From Firmicutes bacterium CAG:460 (GTDB taxonomy: Bacteria > Bacillota_I > Bacilli_A > RF39 > UBA660): 64,000 nucleotides of DNA. The position numbers and the translations under genes were made by a program. Below the pieces are notes generated by a model. It searched no databases. It was not told the origin of the DNA and saw only the letters and a program-made list of their open reading frames with translations. The DNA is taken from NCBI GenBank assembly GCA_000437355.1, contig FR899774.1:114595-178594 (forward strand), in the 5' to 3' direction. Of the stretch, positions 1 to 9,493 are shown piece after piece (the stretch's first letter is position 1; every line of letters starts with the position of its first letter).

Positions 1-67
1 AAGATAAAGAAAAAGTATCCATTGATAAGGATACTCCTATTAAAATAATGGATACTAATTCTTGCAT
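1..67 (-). CDS. First 22 codons of a membrane protein gene that runs off the left edge (MntP/YtaF DUF204-like N-terminus)
   Basis: Reverse-strand ATG at 67-65 with GGTGA 4 nt upstream. Reads MQELVSIILIGVSLSMDTFSLS: a hydrophobic helix followed by an S-x-D-x-F motif. Confidence 0.35.
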   Translation of the reverse strand, partial: MQELVSIILIGVSLSMDTFSLS

Positions 68-191
68 ATTATCACCAATTAATTATATGTGAAATACAAT
101 TTTATATACAAGCTATTATAGCAAAAACAAAAATAAAATAGCAAATCCAGTAATAATTATAATTGATTATACATACTTTTTTTCATTTAAT

Positions 192-371
192 TTAAAATAA
201 TAAAATTAATGTTTCATTATTTGGTAAGTTTCAGTTATTTTCATAACTACTTATTGCTTTAGCACTAATATTTATTTTTTGTGCTAATTCTTCTTGATTT
301 AATTCTTTTTCCTTTCTAAATTTTGCTATGTTTTTTCCAACATTCATACGTACTTCTCTTTCAAAATACAT
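192..371 (-). pseudogene. Short XRE-family HTH ORF interrupted by an in-frame TGA
   Basis: Reverse-strand ATG at 371 gives MYFEREVRMNVGKNIAKFRKEKELNQEELAQKINISAKAISSYENN, then TGA (233-231). The same frame continues NLPNNETLILLF to TAA (194-192). The HTH pattern S-x-x-E-N-x-x-x-P is split by the stop. Confidence 0.3.
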
Positions 372-373
372 AA

Positions 374-397
374 TACCACATTTAAATTAATGTGGTA
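374..397 (-). terminator. Hairpin downstream of spoIIR
   Basis: TACCACATT (374-382) pairs with AATGTGGTA (389-397). It lies between the spoIIR stop (414) and the next ORF and is followed on the minus strand by a T-rich stretch. Confidence 0.45.
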
Positions 398-413
398 CCT
401 ATTTATTCGAGAG

Positions 414-917
414 TTAATATTTATTCATTAATTCTTGGATGTATGAAGTGTAAGTTATATCATCATAATTGGTTTCATTCGCTTCAAGTAAACATAATGG
501 TGGAAATAAAACACACCACCAATTGTCACCGAGTCCATCACCTAAAGTTATAACTAATGATTCATAGTTTCCTTCTTTGTATGTTACTCCTTTATAATTC
601 TTTTCTGGAAAGAAATTTAAACCGTAATTTACATCATATGTTGTATTAAATTTATCTATTACATGATTTATTTTATATAGATTGTTATTTATTTCAGTTT
701 TGGTTTCTTCTTTTGTAGTGGAATTCGTTAAAATATCTCCGATGATTGGTTCTAATTCATTTCTTATTTCTATCTTTTCTTTTTGGTCTTCGATAGAATT
801 ACTATTTGCTATTATTCTAAATCTAATGGCATCTTCTGGAATTAATACTTTGGTTTCTTCTTTATTTACTAAAACTAATACTGTTACTATAAATAGACAT
901 ACTATTATTTTTTTCAT
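414..917 (-). CDS. spoIIR: Stage II sporulation protein R
   Basis: N-terminal signal anchor. Contains IRFRIIANSNSIEDQ and GDNWWCVLFPPLC, both characteristic of SpoIIR. Confidence 0.85.
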   Translation of the reverse strand: MKKIIVCLFIVTVLVLVNKEETKVLIPEDAIRFRIIANSNSIEDQKEKIEIRNELEPIIGDILTNSTTKEETKTEINNNLYKINHVIDKFNTTYDVNYGLNFFPEKNYKGVTYKEGNYESLVITLGDGLGDNWWCVLFPPLCLLEANETNYDDITYTSYIQELMNKY

Positions 918-959
918 ATGTTATCACCTTAAAAAGATGATGGGAAGAATAACAGTTAT

Positions 960-1679
960 TTATTCAAAAAAAATAAATAAATATCTTGGTAAACCTTGTA
1001 AATCATTTTCAAAACTGTATTTTAAGTTTAATTCTTTTACTAAAGGTTCTAGTAATTCTTTTTGGTTATCACCGATTTCAAAAGCTATTATTCCTGGTGA
1101 ATTTAAATTATCTAAATGCTTATTTAATATTTCTTTATAAAAATATAGTCCATTATCTTTAGCAAATAAAGCAATGTTTGGTTCATTGTTTTTTACCTTT
1201 TCTTCTACAAAACCATCATATGGAATGTAAGGAGGATTTGATATAATTATGTCATAGTTGTTAGTTAAATTATCTGTCATACTCTTATTTATAAATGTTA
1301 TTTCTGTGTTATTAAGTTGAGCATTAGTTTTAGCAAGAGATAAAGCATCCTTTGAAATATCTAAAGCTGTTAAGTTACAGTCCAAATTTTTCTTTAAAGA
1401 AATTGCTATACATCCACTACCTGTTCCGAGGTCAATGATATTTATTTTGTTAGTAAAAATTCTTTTGGCATATTTAATTGTTTTATCCACTAGTAATTCA
1501 GTTTCATATCTAGGTATTAATACTCTTTCATCAACATTTATAATTGAACCATAAAAATCTACATTACCAATTAAATATTGAGGTGGATAATTTGTTAGTT
1601 TATCTAATAATTCTTCAGCATTGGGATATTTCTTAGTTAAAATTATCCAGTCAGGTTCACTAATATAATCTGGTTTCAT
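960..1679 (-). CDS. prmC: Release-factor glutamine N5-methyltransferase
   Basis: SAM motif DLGTGSGCI and catalytic NPPY (IISNPPYI). Sits directly downstream of prfA, as in most bacteria. Confidence 0.9.
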   Translation of the reverse strand: MKPDYISEPDWIILTKKYPNAEELLDKLTNYPPQYLIGNVDFYGSIINVDERVLIPRYETELLVDKTIKYAKRIFTNKINIIDLGTGSGCIAISLKKNLDCNLTALDISKDALSLAKTNAQLNNTEITFINKSMTDNLTNNYDIIISNPPYIPYDGFVEEKVKNNEPNIALFAKDNGLYFYKEILNKHLDNLNSPGIIAFEIGDNQKELLEPLVKELNLKYSFENDLQGLPRYLFIFFE

Positions 1680-1707
1680 GTTACCTCCTTAAATTGAAAA
1701 AGCTGGT

Positions 1708-2772
1708 CTACTCTAAAGACATACCAGCTAGTTTTAATTTTAAATCTTCAGTTATTAAAGCTTCAATAACTGGTTCTAGTTCTCCATCCATAACTCTATC
1801 TAAAGTCATTGTTGAGAAATTTATTCTATGGTCCGTGACACGATTTTGTGGATAATTATATGTTCTTATCTTTTCCGAACGGTCACCGGTTCCAATTTTT
1901 GATTTTCTTTCAGCTCCGATTGCACTTTCTTGTTTATGCATTAATTCATCATTAATTTTAATTTTTAAAAGTTGCATTGCTCTTTCTTTGTTGCGAAGTT
2001 GACTTCTTTCAGTTTGACATGTAACAACTACTCCAGTTGGAACATGAGTTATACGAACTGCTGAGTTGGCGGTGTTAACTGATTGTCCACCAGCTCCACT
2101 AGAATGATATACATCTATTTTTAAATCACTTTCTTTAATATCGATATTGACATTATCAACTTCTGGCATTACAAGAACTGTTGATGTTGATGTATGTACC
2201 CTTCCTTGTGTTTCTGTTACAGGTACTCTTTGAACTCGGTGTGAACCACTTTCATATTTTAATTTACTATAAACATTAGCACCTTTTACCATGAATTCTA
2301 TTTGAGAATATCCTCCACTAGTACCTTCTAGAGCATGAATAACTTCAATCTTCCAACCATTTGCTTCTGCATAGTATGAATACATTCTAAATAAGTCTCC
2401 GGCGAAAATATTTGCTTCATCTCCTCCAGCTGCTCCTCTTATTTCCATAATAACATTCTTACCATCGTTTTCATCTTTTGGTACTAATAAAACTTCTAAC
2501 TCATGATATAACTTATCTATTACATTAGTTAAATTATCTATTTCTTCTAAAGCTATTTCTCTTAGTTCTGGGTCATTTTCCATAACTTTTGCTTCTTCTA
2601 AATTGTTTTTAGCTTGTTTATATTTTTGATAAGTCTTTACAGTTTCTTCTAAATCACTTTGTTCTTTTGATAATTCTTTTACTTTATTAAAATCATTTAG
2701 TATTTCAGGATTTGATAAATCCTTTGTTAATTCATTATATTTTTCTTCTATAGCATCTAATCTATTAAACAT
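1708..2772 (-). CDS. prfA: Peptide chain release factor 1
   Basis: GGQ motif (SSGAGGQSVN), PVT-like tripeptide region, RF1 length. Confidence 0.97.
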   Translation of the reverse strand: MFNRLDAIEEKYNELTKDLSNPEILNDFNKVKELSKEQSDLEETVKTYQKYKQAKNNLEEAKVMENDPELREIALEEIDNLTNVIDKLYHELEVLLVPKDENDGKNVIMEIRGAAGGDEANIFAGDLFRMYSYYAEANGWKIEVIHALEGTSGGYSQIEFMVKGANVYSKLKYESGSHRVQRVPVTETQGRVHTSTSTVLVMPEVDNVNIDIKESDLKIDVYHSSGAGGQSVNTANSAVRITHVPTGVVVTCQTERSQLRNKERAMQLLKIKINDELMHKQESAIGAERKSKIGTGDRSEKIRTYNYPQNRVTDHRINFSTMTLDRVMDGELEPVIEALITEDLKLKLAGMSLE

Positions 2773-2819
2773 TTTATCTTTCCTTTCTTTTTTAGTTATA
2801 ATAAATATTTAAAGTAGAG

Positions 2820-3251
2820 CTATAAATTACTTTCATCAAGGTCATCAACTACAACTAAATCTGCTAAATCATCATCTGGAACATCATCAGTATCATCATC
2901 TTTGTCATAGAAGATATCATCATCTTCTTCAATGTCTTCATCTTCCATGTCATTTTCATCTTCTTCGTCTTCTTCATCATCCATATCAAAAACAATATCT
3001 AATTTATGTCTTGATTGTAAATCCCAATAACCTTTGTCTAACATAACAAATTTTTTGTTGATAGACATTAGTTCAAAGAAATCCATTAATTCTTCATCAA
3101 TTCTTTCTTCAGGTAATTCTAAAACATTGATTACTTTAGCAAAAATATCACGAAGTTTCATTTTTTTGCCACTTTCTTGTAATATTAGTAAAGCAATGTC
3201 ATCATAACCCATTAATTCTAATTCTTCTTTTGGTATTTGCTTTAATTTCAT
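2820..3251 (-). CDS. rpoE: RNA polymerase delta subunit
   Basis: Folded N-terminal domain (YDDIALLILQESGKKMKLRDIF) followed by a long Asp/Glu-only tail, the Firmicute RpoE architecture. Confidence 0.8.
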   Translation of the reverse strand: MKLKQIPKEELELMGYDDIALLILQESGKKMKLRDIFAKVINVLELPEERIDEELMDFFELMSINKKFVMLDKGYWDLQSRHKLDIVFDMDDEEDEEDENDMEDEDIEEDDDIFYDKDDDTDDVPDDDLADLVVVDDLDESNL

Positions 3252-3264
3252 AAATCATTTCTCC

Positions 3265-4869
3265 TTACATTTGTTCTGGTGGGATAACCCCGATTAAATC
3301 TAGGGCATTAAATAATGTTTGTTTAACACCTTTTATTAAATTTAAATTTTCCAAAGTTTCTTGTTCGTTTTCAGTAAGTACACGATTTTTTGCATAGTAT
3401 AAATGGAATAAACTAGCAAGTTCATATACATAGTTAGTAATTAAATGTGGTAATTCTTTTAATGCCGCATTTTTTACTACTTCTGGGAACTCATAAACTT
3501 TTTCTAAAACATTATATGATGTATTGTCATTAATTGCAATATATTTTTCACATTTTTCAATATTTTCTTGTCCTTTTAAGATTGAACAAATTCTTGCATA
3601 GGCATAACATACATAAAATACTGGGTTTTCATTTGATTTACTTTTAGCTAAACTTAAGTCAAAATCCATTTGAGTATCTAAGCTATATTTAGAAAAATAA
3701 TATCTTGCTGCATTTACTCCGACTTCATCGATTAGTTCTTTTAATGTTACTGATTTACCTGTTCTTTTACTCATTTTTACAACTTCACCATTTTCTACAA
3801 GACGCACAAGTTGTAATAATTTTACTTCTAATTTTTCTGGATCATTTCCTAGAGCTTTTACACTGCTTTTTAAACGTGCTACATATCCATGATGGTCTGC
3901 TCCGAATATGTCAATCATTTTATCAAAGCCACGATTAAATTTATCCATGTGGTATGCGATATCTGGTAAAAAGTATGTTGGTATGCCATCTTCTTTAATT
4001 AATACATGGTCTTTATCATCAAACAAAGCACTACATTTAAACCATGTTGCTCCATCTAATTCATAAGTGTAGCCATTTTTATTTAAAATATTCACAACAC
4101 CCATTAAATCATATTTTTCCGATAAAGCTTTTTCACTGGTTTTAACATCATATTCAATTCTATATTCTTTTAAATCATCAAATATGTGCCCAACCATTTC
4201 ATTTGTACCTAACTTTTTAAAATAATCTAAATCATTATTTAATAAAGTATCTTGATGTTCTTCATAAAGTTTGCTCGCAATTTCAATTATTTCTTTTCCA
4301 TAATATCCATTTTTAGGCATGTTTGCTGGAAGTCCACAAGCTTCTTGATAACGAGCTAGAATTGATAAACCTAAGTTAGTTATTTGATTTCCTAAGTCAT
4401 TAATGTAATATTCTGTTGTTACATCAAAACCACTAAATCTCATGATACGAGCTAGTGAGTCACCATAAGCACCGCCACGAGCATTTCCTAAGTGTAGTAT
4501 TCCTGTTGGATTGGCACTTACAAACTCTATATTTATTTTTTTACCATTACCAATATTTGAACTACCATATCTTTCTTTTTCTTCTAAAACTTTATTTAGA
4601 TTAGCAAATAAATAATCTTTACTTACAAAGAAGTTTATAAATCCTGGAGCTTTTACTTCTATTTTTATTACATTTTCATCACTTATTTTACTAGCAATAT
4701 TATTTGCTATTTCTAAAGGATTTTTCTTTAAAACTTTAGCAAGCTTCATCGCAATATTACTTGAATAATCTCCATTTTCAGGTAATGCTGGTTTACTTAT
4801 TTCAATTTCTGCTTCAACATTTAATTCTTCTAAAGCTTTTTTAATTAATTCTTTTAATAATTCCTTCAT
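3265..4869 (-). CDS. argS: Arginine-tRNA ligase
   Basis: Class I HIGH-type motif (PTGILHLGNARG), MSKRTG (KMSKS-like), C-terminal anticodon-binding domain ending in ..PEQM. Confidence 0.95.
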   Translation of the reverse strand: MKELLKELIKKALEELNVEAEIEISKPALPENGDYSSNIAMKLAKVLKKNPLEIANNIASKISDENVIKIEVKAPGFINFFVSKDYLFANLNKVLEEKERYGSSNIGNGKKINIEFVSANPTGILHLGNARGGAYGDSLARIMRFSGFDVTTEYYINDLGNQITNLGLSILARYQEACGLPANMPKNGYYGKEIIEIASKLYEEHQDTLLNNDLDYFKKLGTNEMVGHIFDDLKEYRIEYDVKTSEKALSEKYDLMGVVNILNKNGYTYELDGATWFKCSALFDDKDHVLIKEDGIPTYFLPDIAYHMDKFNRGFDKMIDIFGADHHGYVARLKSSVKALGNDPEKLEVKLLQLVRLVENGEVVKMSKRTGKSVTLKELIDEVGVNAARYYFSKYSLDTQMDFDLSLAKSKSNENPVFYVCYAYARICSILKGQENIEKCEKYIAINDNTSYNVLEKVYEFPEVVKNAALKELPHLITNYVYELASLFHLYYAKNRVLTENEQETLENLNLIKGVKQTLFNALDLIGVIPPEQM

Positions 4870-5198
4870 TTTTCCTCTTTTCTGGTAATTTCTATTACCT
4901 TTTTTTCATCCGCTAAGCTATATGTTAACCTTATTATATTATCTTCTTCAAAATAATTTGTATTTATATTATATTTTAAATCATTACTTGCAAATTTTAC
5001 GGTTAATATGTTGTTATTAAAATCAACTCTGAATATATCTTCAGGACTTCTTCGTTCATAGATTTTATTTTGTAAATCTACAACATGAGTGCCATATTCA
5101 TCGATGTAATAAATGGTATTGTCTATAAATTCTACATCTTTATTTAGTTCTTCGATAACAATTTCTTCACCATCGAATAACCTCCAGTCGATTTTCAT
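4866..5198 (-). CDS. DUF1934-like small beta-barrel protein (YwiB-like), upstream of argS
   Basis: The track ORF is trimmed to the internal ATG at 5198, which has an AGAGGTGA SD. It overlaps the argS start by 4 nt, the usual synteny in Firmicutes. Confidence 0.5.
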   Translation of the reverse strand: MKIDWRLFDGEEIVIEELNKDVEFIDNTIYYIDEYGTHVVDLQNKIYERRSPEDIFRVDFNNNILTVKFASNDLKYNINTNYFEEDNIIRLTYSLADEKKVIEITRKEEK

Positions 5199-5319
5199 GC
5201 ACACATCACCTCTTTTTTTCTCACATATTATAACAAACTTTGTATTAATTGTATAGTAAAATTGCATATTTTTTTGAAACTTAACTCATACTACTTTTAG
5301 GTGATGCCTTTTGAGAGCC

Positions 5320-7266
5320 ATGAAATTTTTTGTTAAATCATTTATATTCTTATTTATTTCTTTTGTGGTTATCATAATAAGTCTTTATGTTTATGCTTAT
5401 TTGAGCCCGAAATTGGATTTGAAAACTAGTGGTAGTTTATATCTTTATGATAATCAAAATGGACTTATTTATCAAGGGTCTAGAAGTAATGAATGGGCTA
5501 ATTTAGAGGATATAAGCCAGTATTTGATTGATGCAGTTGTGGCTGTTGAAGATAAAAATTTTTATAATCACCATGGGTTTGACTATCCGAGAATAGCGAA
5601 AGCGATGTTAACAAACATTAAGAAGAAAGCGATTGTTCAAGGTGCTTCAACTATATCTCAACAATATATTAAGAATTTGTATTTGGATTTTGATAAAACT
5701 TGGGAAAGAAAGATTGAAGAAGCTTTTTTAACATTAGAATTAGAAGTACATTATAATAAGGATGAAATATTAGAAGGTTATTTAAATACAATTAATTATG
5801 GTCAAGGTAACATGGGGATTGTTAATGCTGCAAGTTATTATTTTAATAAAAAACCTAAAGATTTAACTTTAGAAGAAGCTATTATTTTGGCAGGTATTCC
5901 TAAAAATCCAGCAGGATATAATCCTGTTAGTAATTATGATGCATCTGTTAAACGCGCTTGGGTTGTTGCTAAATCTATGCTTAATAATAAGTATATTGAT
6001 AAAGATACATATAATAATTTGTTTAAAGAAAAATTAGAGATTTTTGGTCAAACTAAAAATAATAATCTACAAATGATTATGTATTATCAAGAGGCTGTTT
6101 TAAATGAACTTTCTAATATAAAAGAAGTTCCAGCTTCATTAGTAAATGCTGGTGGTTTAAAAATATATACTACACTCGATTTAGAAGAACAAACTAATAT
6201 GGAAGAAAATATTTTAAATAATAAAGTTGATGATGATTTACAAGTAGCAAGTGTTATTGTTGACCCCAAGAGTGGTGCTGTTAAAGCTTTAACTGGTGGT
6301 ATGAATTATGCTAAAAGTCAGTATAATAGAGCTTTAAAAAGTAAAAGACAGGTTGGGTCAACTATGAAACCGTTTTTGTACTATGCTGCTTTAGAAAATA
6401 ATATGACCATGTCAAGTAGTTTTAGAAGTGAAGAAACAACATTTAATTTATCAAATGGGAAAACTTATGCTCCACAGAATGCTGGAAATATCTATGCAAA
6501 TAAAGAAATAACTATGGCTGCAGCATTAGCTTTATCTGATAATATTTATGCTGTTAAAACTAATTTGTTTTTAGGTGTAGATAAAATGATTGATGTTGCT
6601 AAAAGAACTGGTATTGAAGCAAATTTAGATGAAGTTGCATCTCTTCCTTTAGGTACTAGTGAAATAAATATATTAGATTATGCAACTGGTTATACAACAT
6701 TTGCATCCGGCGGATATAAGAAGAACATATATTTTATAGAAAGAATTGAAGATTTAGATGGTAATTTGTTATATCAACATGAAACTGAAAATAGTTTAGT
6801 TATTAATCCAAACTATACTTATATATTAAATGAAATGATGAGGTCCACTACTAATGAAGCTTATGTTGATTATACAACGCCGACAGCTTTAAATATTGCT
6901 GCAAATTTAACACATAAATATGCATTAAAAACTGGGTCTACTAATACTGATTATTGGATTGTTGGTTATAATCCTGATAGAATGATGATGATGTGGATGG
7001 GTTATGATGATAATAAAAATGTGGATGGTAATGTTAGAAATAGCGCTAAGAAAATATGGGCTAGTACAATTGAAGCTTCCCTAGAAAATATCGGAGATAA
7101 TTGGTATGATACTCCGAAAAATGTTGTGGCAATTCCTTTAGATGCTGTAACTGGTAAAGTTACTAATAATCAAAATAAAGCTACTCTATACTATTATGTT
7201 AAAGGTAGTGAACCCGGTGTTACTAATGAACAATATGTTATGAGTGAAGAAAAAGAAAAAGACTAG
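5320..7266 (+). CDS. Class A penicillin-binding protein (glycosyltransferase + transpeptidase)
   Basis: GT51 motifs EDKNFYNHHG and RKIEEA. Transpeptidase motifs STMKP (SxxK), SDN and KTGST. N-terminal TM anchor. ATG at 5320 preferred over TTG at 5311. Confidence 0.92.
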   Translation: MKFFVKSFIFLFISFVVIIISLYVYAYLSPKLDLKTSGSLYLYDNQNGLIYQGSRSNEWANLEDISQYLIDAVVAVEDKNFYNHHGFDYPRIAKAMLTNIKKKAIVQGASTISQQYIKNLYLDFDKTWERKIEEAFLTLELEVHYNKDEILEGYLNTINYGQGNMGIVNAASYYFNKKPKDLTLEEAIILAGIPKNPAGYNPVSNYDASVKRAWVVAKSMLNNKYIDKDTYNNLFKEKLEIFGQTKNNNLQMIMYYQEAVLNELSNIKEVPASLVNAGGLKIYTTLDLEEQTNMEENILNNKVDDDLQVASVIVDPKSGAVKALTGGMNYAKSQYNRALKSKRQVGSTMKPFLYYAALENNMTMSSSFRSEETTFNLSNGKTYAPQNAGNIYANKEITMAAALALSDNIYAVKTNLFLGVDKMIDVAKRTGIEANLDEVASLPLGTSEINILDYATGYTTFASGGYKKNIYFIERIEDLDGNLLYQHETENSLVINPNYTYILNEMMRSTTNEAYVDYTTPTALNIAANLTHKYALKTGSTNTDYWIVGYNPDRMMMMWMGYDDNKNVDGNVRNSAKKIWASTIEASLENIGDNWYDTPKNVVAIPLDAVTGKVTNNQNKATLYYYVKGSEPGVTNEQYVMSEEKEKD

Positions 7267-7309
7267 ATATTTTTAATATTTTATAATATAATTGTTTTAG
7301 GTGATAAAG

Positions 7310-7633
7310 ATGTATAATTATCCTTTTAAAGAAAATGAAGAACATGTGTTAAATGAAACAGAAAACGTTAATATTAAATTTGCTAATAGAAATATACTTG
7401 TTAATATTTTGTTAACCAATAAAAATGTTTTAGTATTTTATGATACTGAGAAAGATAATGCTATGAAAGCTGGAGGAATGCAAGTAATGCCTCAGTATGA
7501 AATAGTTTTTAAAATTGATTTAGGTAATATGGATTATAAAATAAATGAAGAAGATACAGTAGTTAATATTGATGGTAAAGAAGTTATTTTATATAATTTT
7601 AATTTAAAAAATTTCATAGAAAAAGATGATTAG
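7310..7633 (+). CDS. Hypothetical small protein
   Basis: ATG at 7310 with AGGTGA SD. No recognisable motif. Convergent with the noc-like gene, overlapping its stop by 4 nt. Confidence 0.5.
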   Translation: MYNYPFKENEEHVLNETENVNIKFANRNILVNILLTNKNVLVFYDTEKDNAMKAGGMQVMPQYEIVFKIDLGNMDYKINEEDTVVNIDGKEVILYNFNLKNFIEKDD

Positions 7634-8730
7634 TTATCATCTTTTTTAATTATTATATTTATATGATATTCGTTTGGTAAACTCATTTCTTCTAGTTTAA
7701 CCTTGTTGCTATCTAAATTTAGGTCACGGATTGTTTTTATAACATAATTTAGATAATCATTGTTTTCATTATTTGTTGGAGTTTCTGGAAAATCTAGCAT
7801 TTCAATTTCTTCAGTTTGATTTTCAGGTACAACACTTTCTTGTTTTGGTATTTCAAATGTTGGGGTAACTTCTGTTGTGTCTAAGTTTGCTGCCGTATCT
7901 TCAAGAAAATTAAAGAATTTGTTTGGCATTTTTTCAGGATTTGAGAAGAATGCATCTGGGGTAATTGGTGTTGTATCAATTAATTTTTCAGGTTCTTCAT
8001 GTGGTACGATATCTTCACTTTCTAAAGCACTTGAAAATAAGTCTTCAATACTTGTTAGATTTTCTTTTTTTGGTTCTTCGTGAGTCTCAACATTAACTGG
8101 AGTTTCAACTGGAGGTAATGTATCAATGTTTTTTATTTCATCTTCAAGCTGTTTTACTGTTAATCTTTCATTTATTATTTTATTTAATAATTCTTTTTGT
8201 TTTTCATGTGATGGAACTTTTAGTAAAGTTCTAGCATGTCTTTCTGATATTTTTTCTGCCAGAATTGCTTCTTGAACTGCTTCATCTAGTGTTAATAACC
8301 TTAATTTATTAGAAATTGCTGATTGAGATAAGCCCATTTTTCTTGCTAATTCTTCTTGGGTCATGTAACCTTTATCAAGAAGTGCTTGGTAAGAACGTGC
8401 TTCTTCAATAGCTGTTAAATCCTTTCTTTGAATATTTTCAACAATTGCTACTTCAGCTGATGTATTATCATCAAGATTAGAGATTACTGCAGGTACTGAA
8501 GCAAGTCCAGCAAGTTTGGCTGCTTTATATCTTCTTTCACCAGCAATTATTTCATATTTATCATTTTTTCTTCTTAAAACTAGTGGTTGAATAATACCAT
8601 GTTGTTTAATAGAAGATGCTAAATCTGAAAGCGATGCATCATCAAAAGATAACCGTGGTTGAAAACGGTTAGGAATTATGTCCTCGATAGGAACTTGTAA
8701 TATTGTTTTTTCCATTTGTGTATTATTCAC
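7630..8730 (-). CDS. noc: ParB/Noc-family CTP-dependent DNA-binding protein, Noc-like HTH, with a ~170-aa low-complexity C-terminal extension
   Basis: Contains PNRFQPR, GERRYKAAKLAG (arginine patch), LSQSAISNKLRLLTL and ISERHARTLL. Immediately downstream of rsmG, the position noc holds in B. subtilis. Confidence 0.7.
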   Translation of the reverse strand: MNNTQMEKTILQVPIEDIIPNRFQPRLSFDDASLSDLASSIKQHGIIQPLVLRRKNDKYEIIAGERRYKAAKLAGLASVPAVISNLDDNTSAEVAIVENIQRKDLTAIEEARSYQALLDKGYMTQEELARKMGLSQSAISNKLRLLTLDEAVQEAILAEKISERHARTLLKVPSHEKQKELLNKIINERLTVKQLEDEIKNIDTLPPVETPVNVETHEEPKKENLTSIEDLFSSALESEDIVPHEEPEKLIDTTPITPDAFFSNPEKMPNKFFNFLEDTAANLDTTEVTPTFEIPKQESVVPENQTEEIEMLDFPETPTNNENNDYLNYVIKTIRDLNLDSNKVKLEEMSLPNEYHINIIIKKDDN

Positions 8731-8770
8731 TTAAATCAACCCTTTATCATCTATAATGATACATTATTTC

Positions 8771-9493
8771 TTAGATTTTTGCAAGGGGCTTTTTAATAAT
8801 TTTTTCATAAGGCCTTAATTCACTAGGTAATGTATCATTTATTTTTTTTATCTTAACAATATTTCTTGCTCCACCTTCATTTGGTAAAGAAAAAGTTTTA
8901 ATTTCTTTAACTTCTCCATGAGACTTAGTAATTGCAGGCAGGCTTTTTGCAATTTCTTCTTTATTACCACCTTTTAAAGCAATGAAATATCCACCATTTT
9001 TTATAAGGGGCAAAGCAAGTTCTGTTAAAACAGGCATGTTAGCTACTGCTCTAGCTGTTATGACATCATAAGAATTTAATCTTTCTTTTCTTATATTTTC
9101 TACTCTTGTGTTGATAAGTTCAAGGTTATCAACACAAATTTTTTCTTGTAATTCTGTTAGGAACTTTATCTTTTTATTATTACTATCTAACAAAGTTACC
9201 TTTAATTCTGGGAAAAATATCTTTAAAACCATTCCTGGAAAGCCTGCTCCAGTACCAAAATCAAGAAGATTTTTACAAGTCTTTAAATCAATTACTTTGG
9301 TTAGTGTTAAACTATCATAAAAATGTTTTAAATAAATATCTTCTAATTTAGTTATCGCTGTAAGATTAGTATGTTCATTATATTCTTGTAAAAACTTAGC
9401 ATAAATATCTAATTTTTCCAATATTTCTTTCGTAGGATTTAAACCTAAAGATTTTACTTCTTCAATAAATTCATTAATTGTCATTTTTGCCAT
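8771..9493 (-). CDS. rsmG: 16S rRNA (guanine527-N7)-methyltransferase
   Basis: SAM motif DFGTGAGFPG. Conserved mnmG-rsmG synteny. An alternative ATG at 9484 is possible. Confidence 0.92.
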   Translation of the reverse strand: MAKMTINEFIEEVKSLGLNPTKEILEKLDIYAKFLQEYNEHTNLTAITKLEDIYLKHFYDSLTLTKVIDLKTCKNLLDFGTGAGFPGMVLKIFFPELKVTLLDSNNKKIKFLTELQEKICVDNLELINTRVENIRKERLNSYDVITARAVANMPVLTELALPLIKNGGYFIALKGGNKEEIAKSLPAITKSHGEVKEIKTFSLPNEGGARNIVKIKKINDTLPSELRPYEKIIKKPLAKI

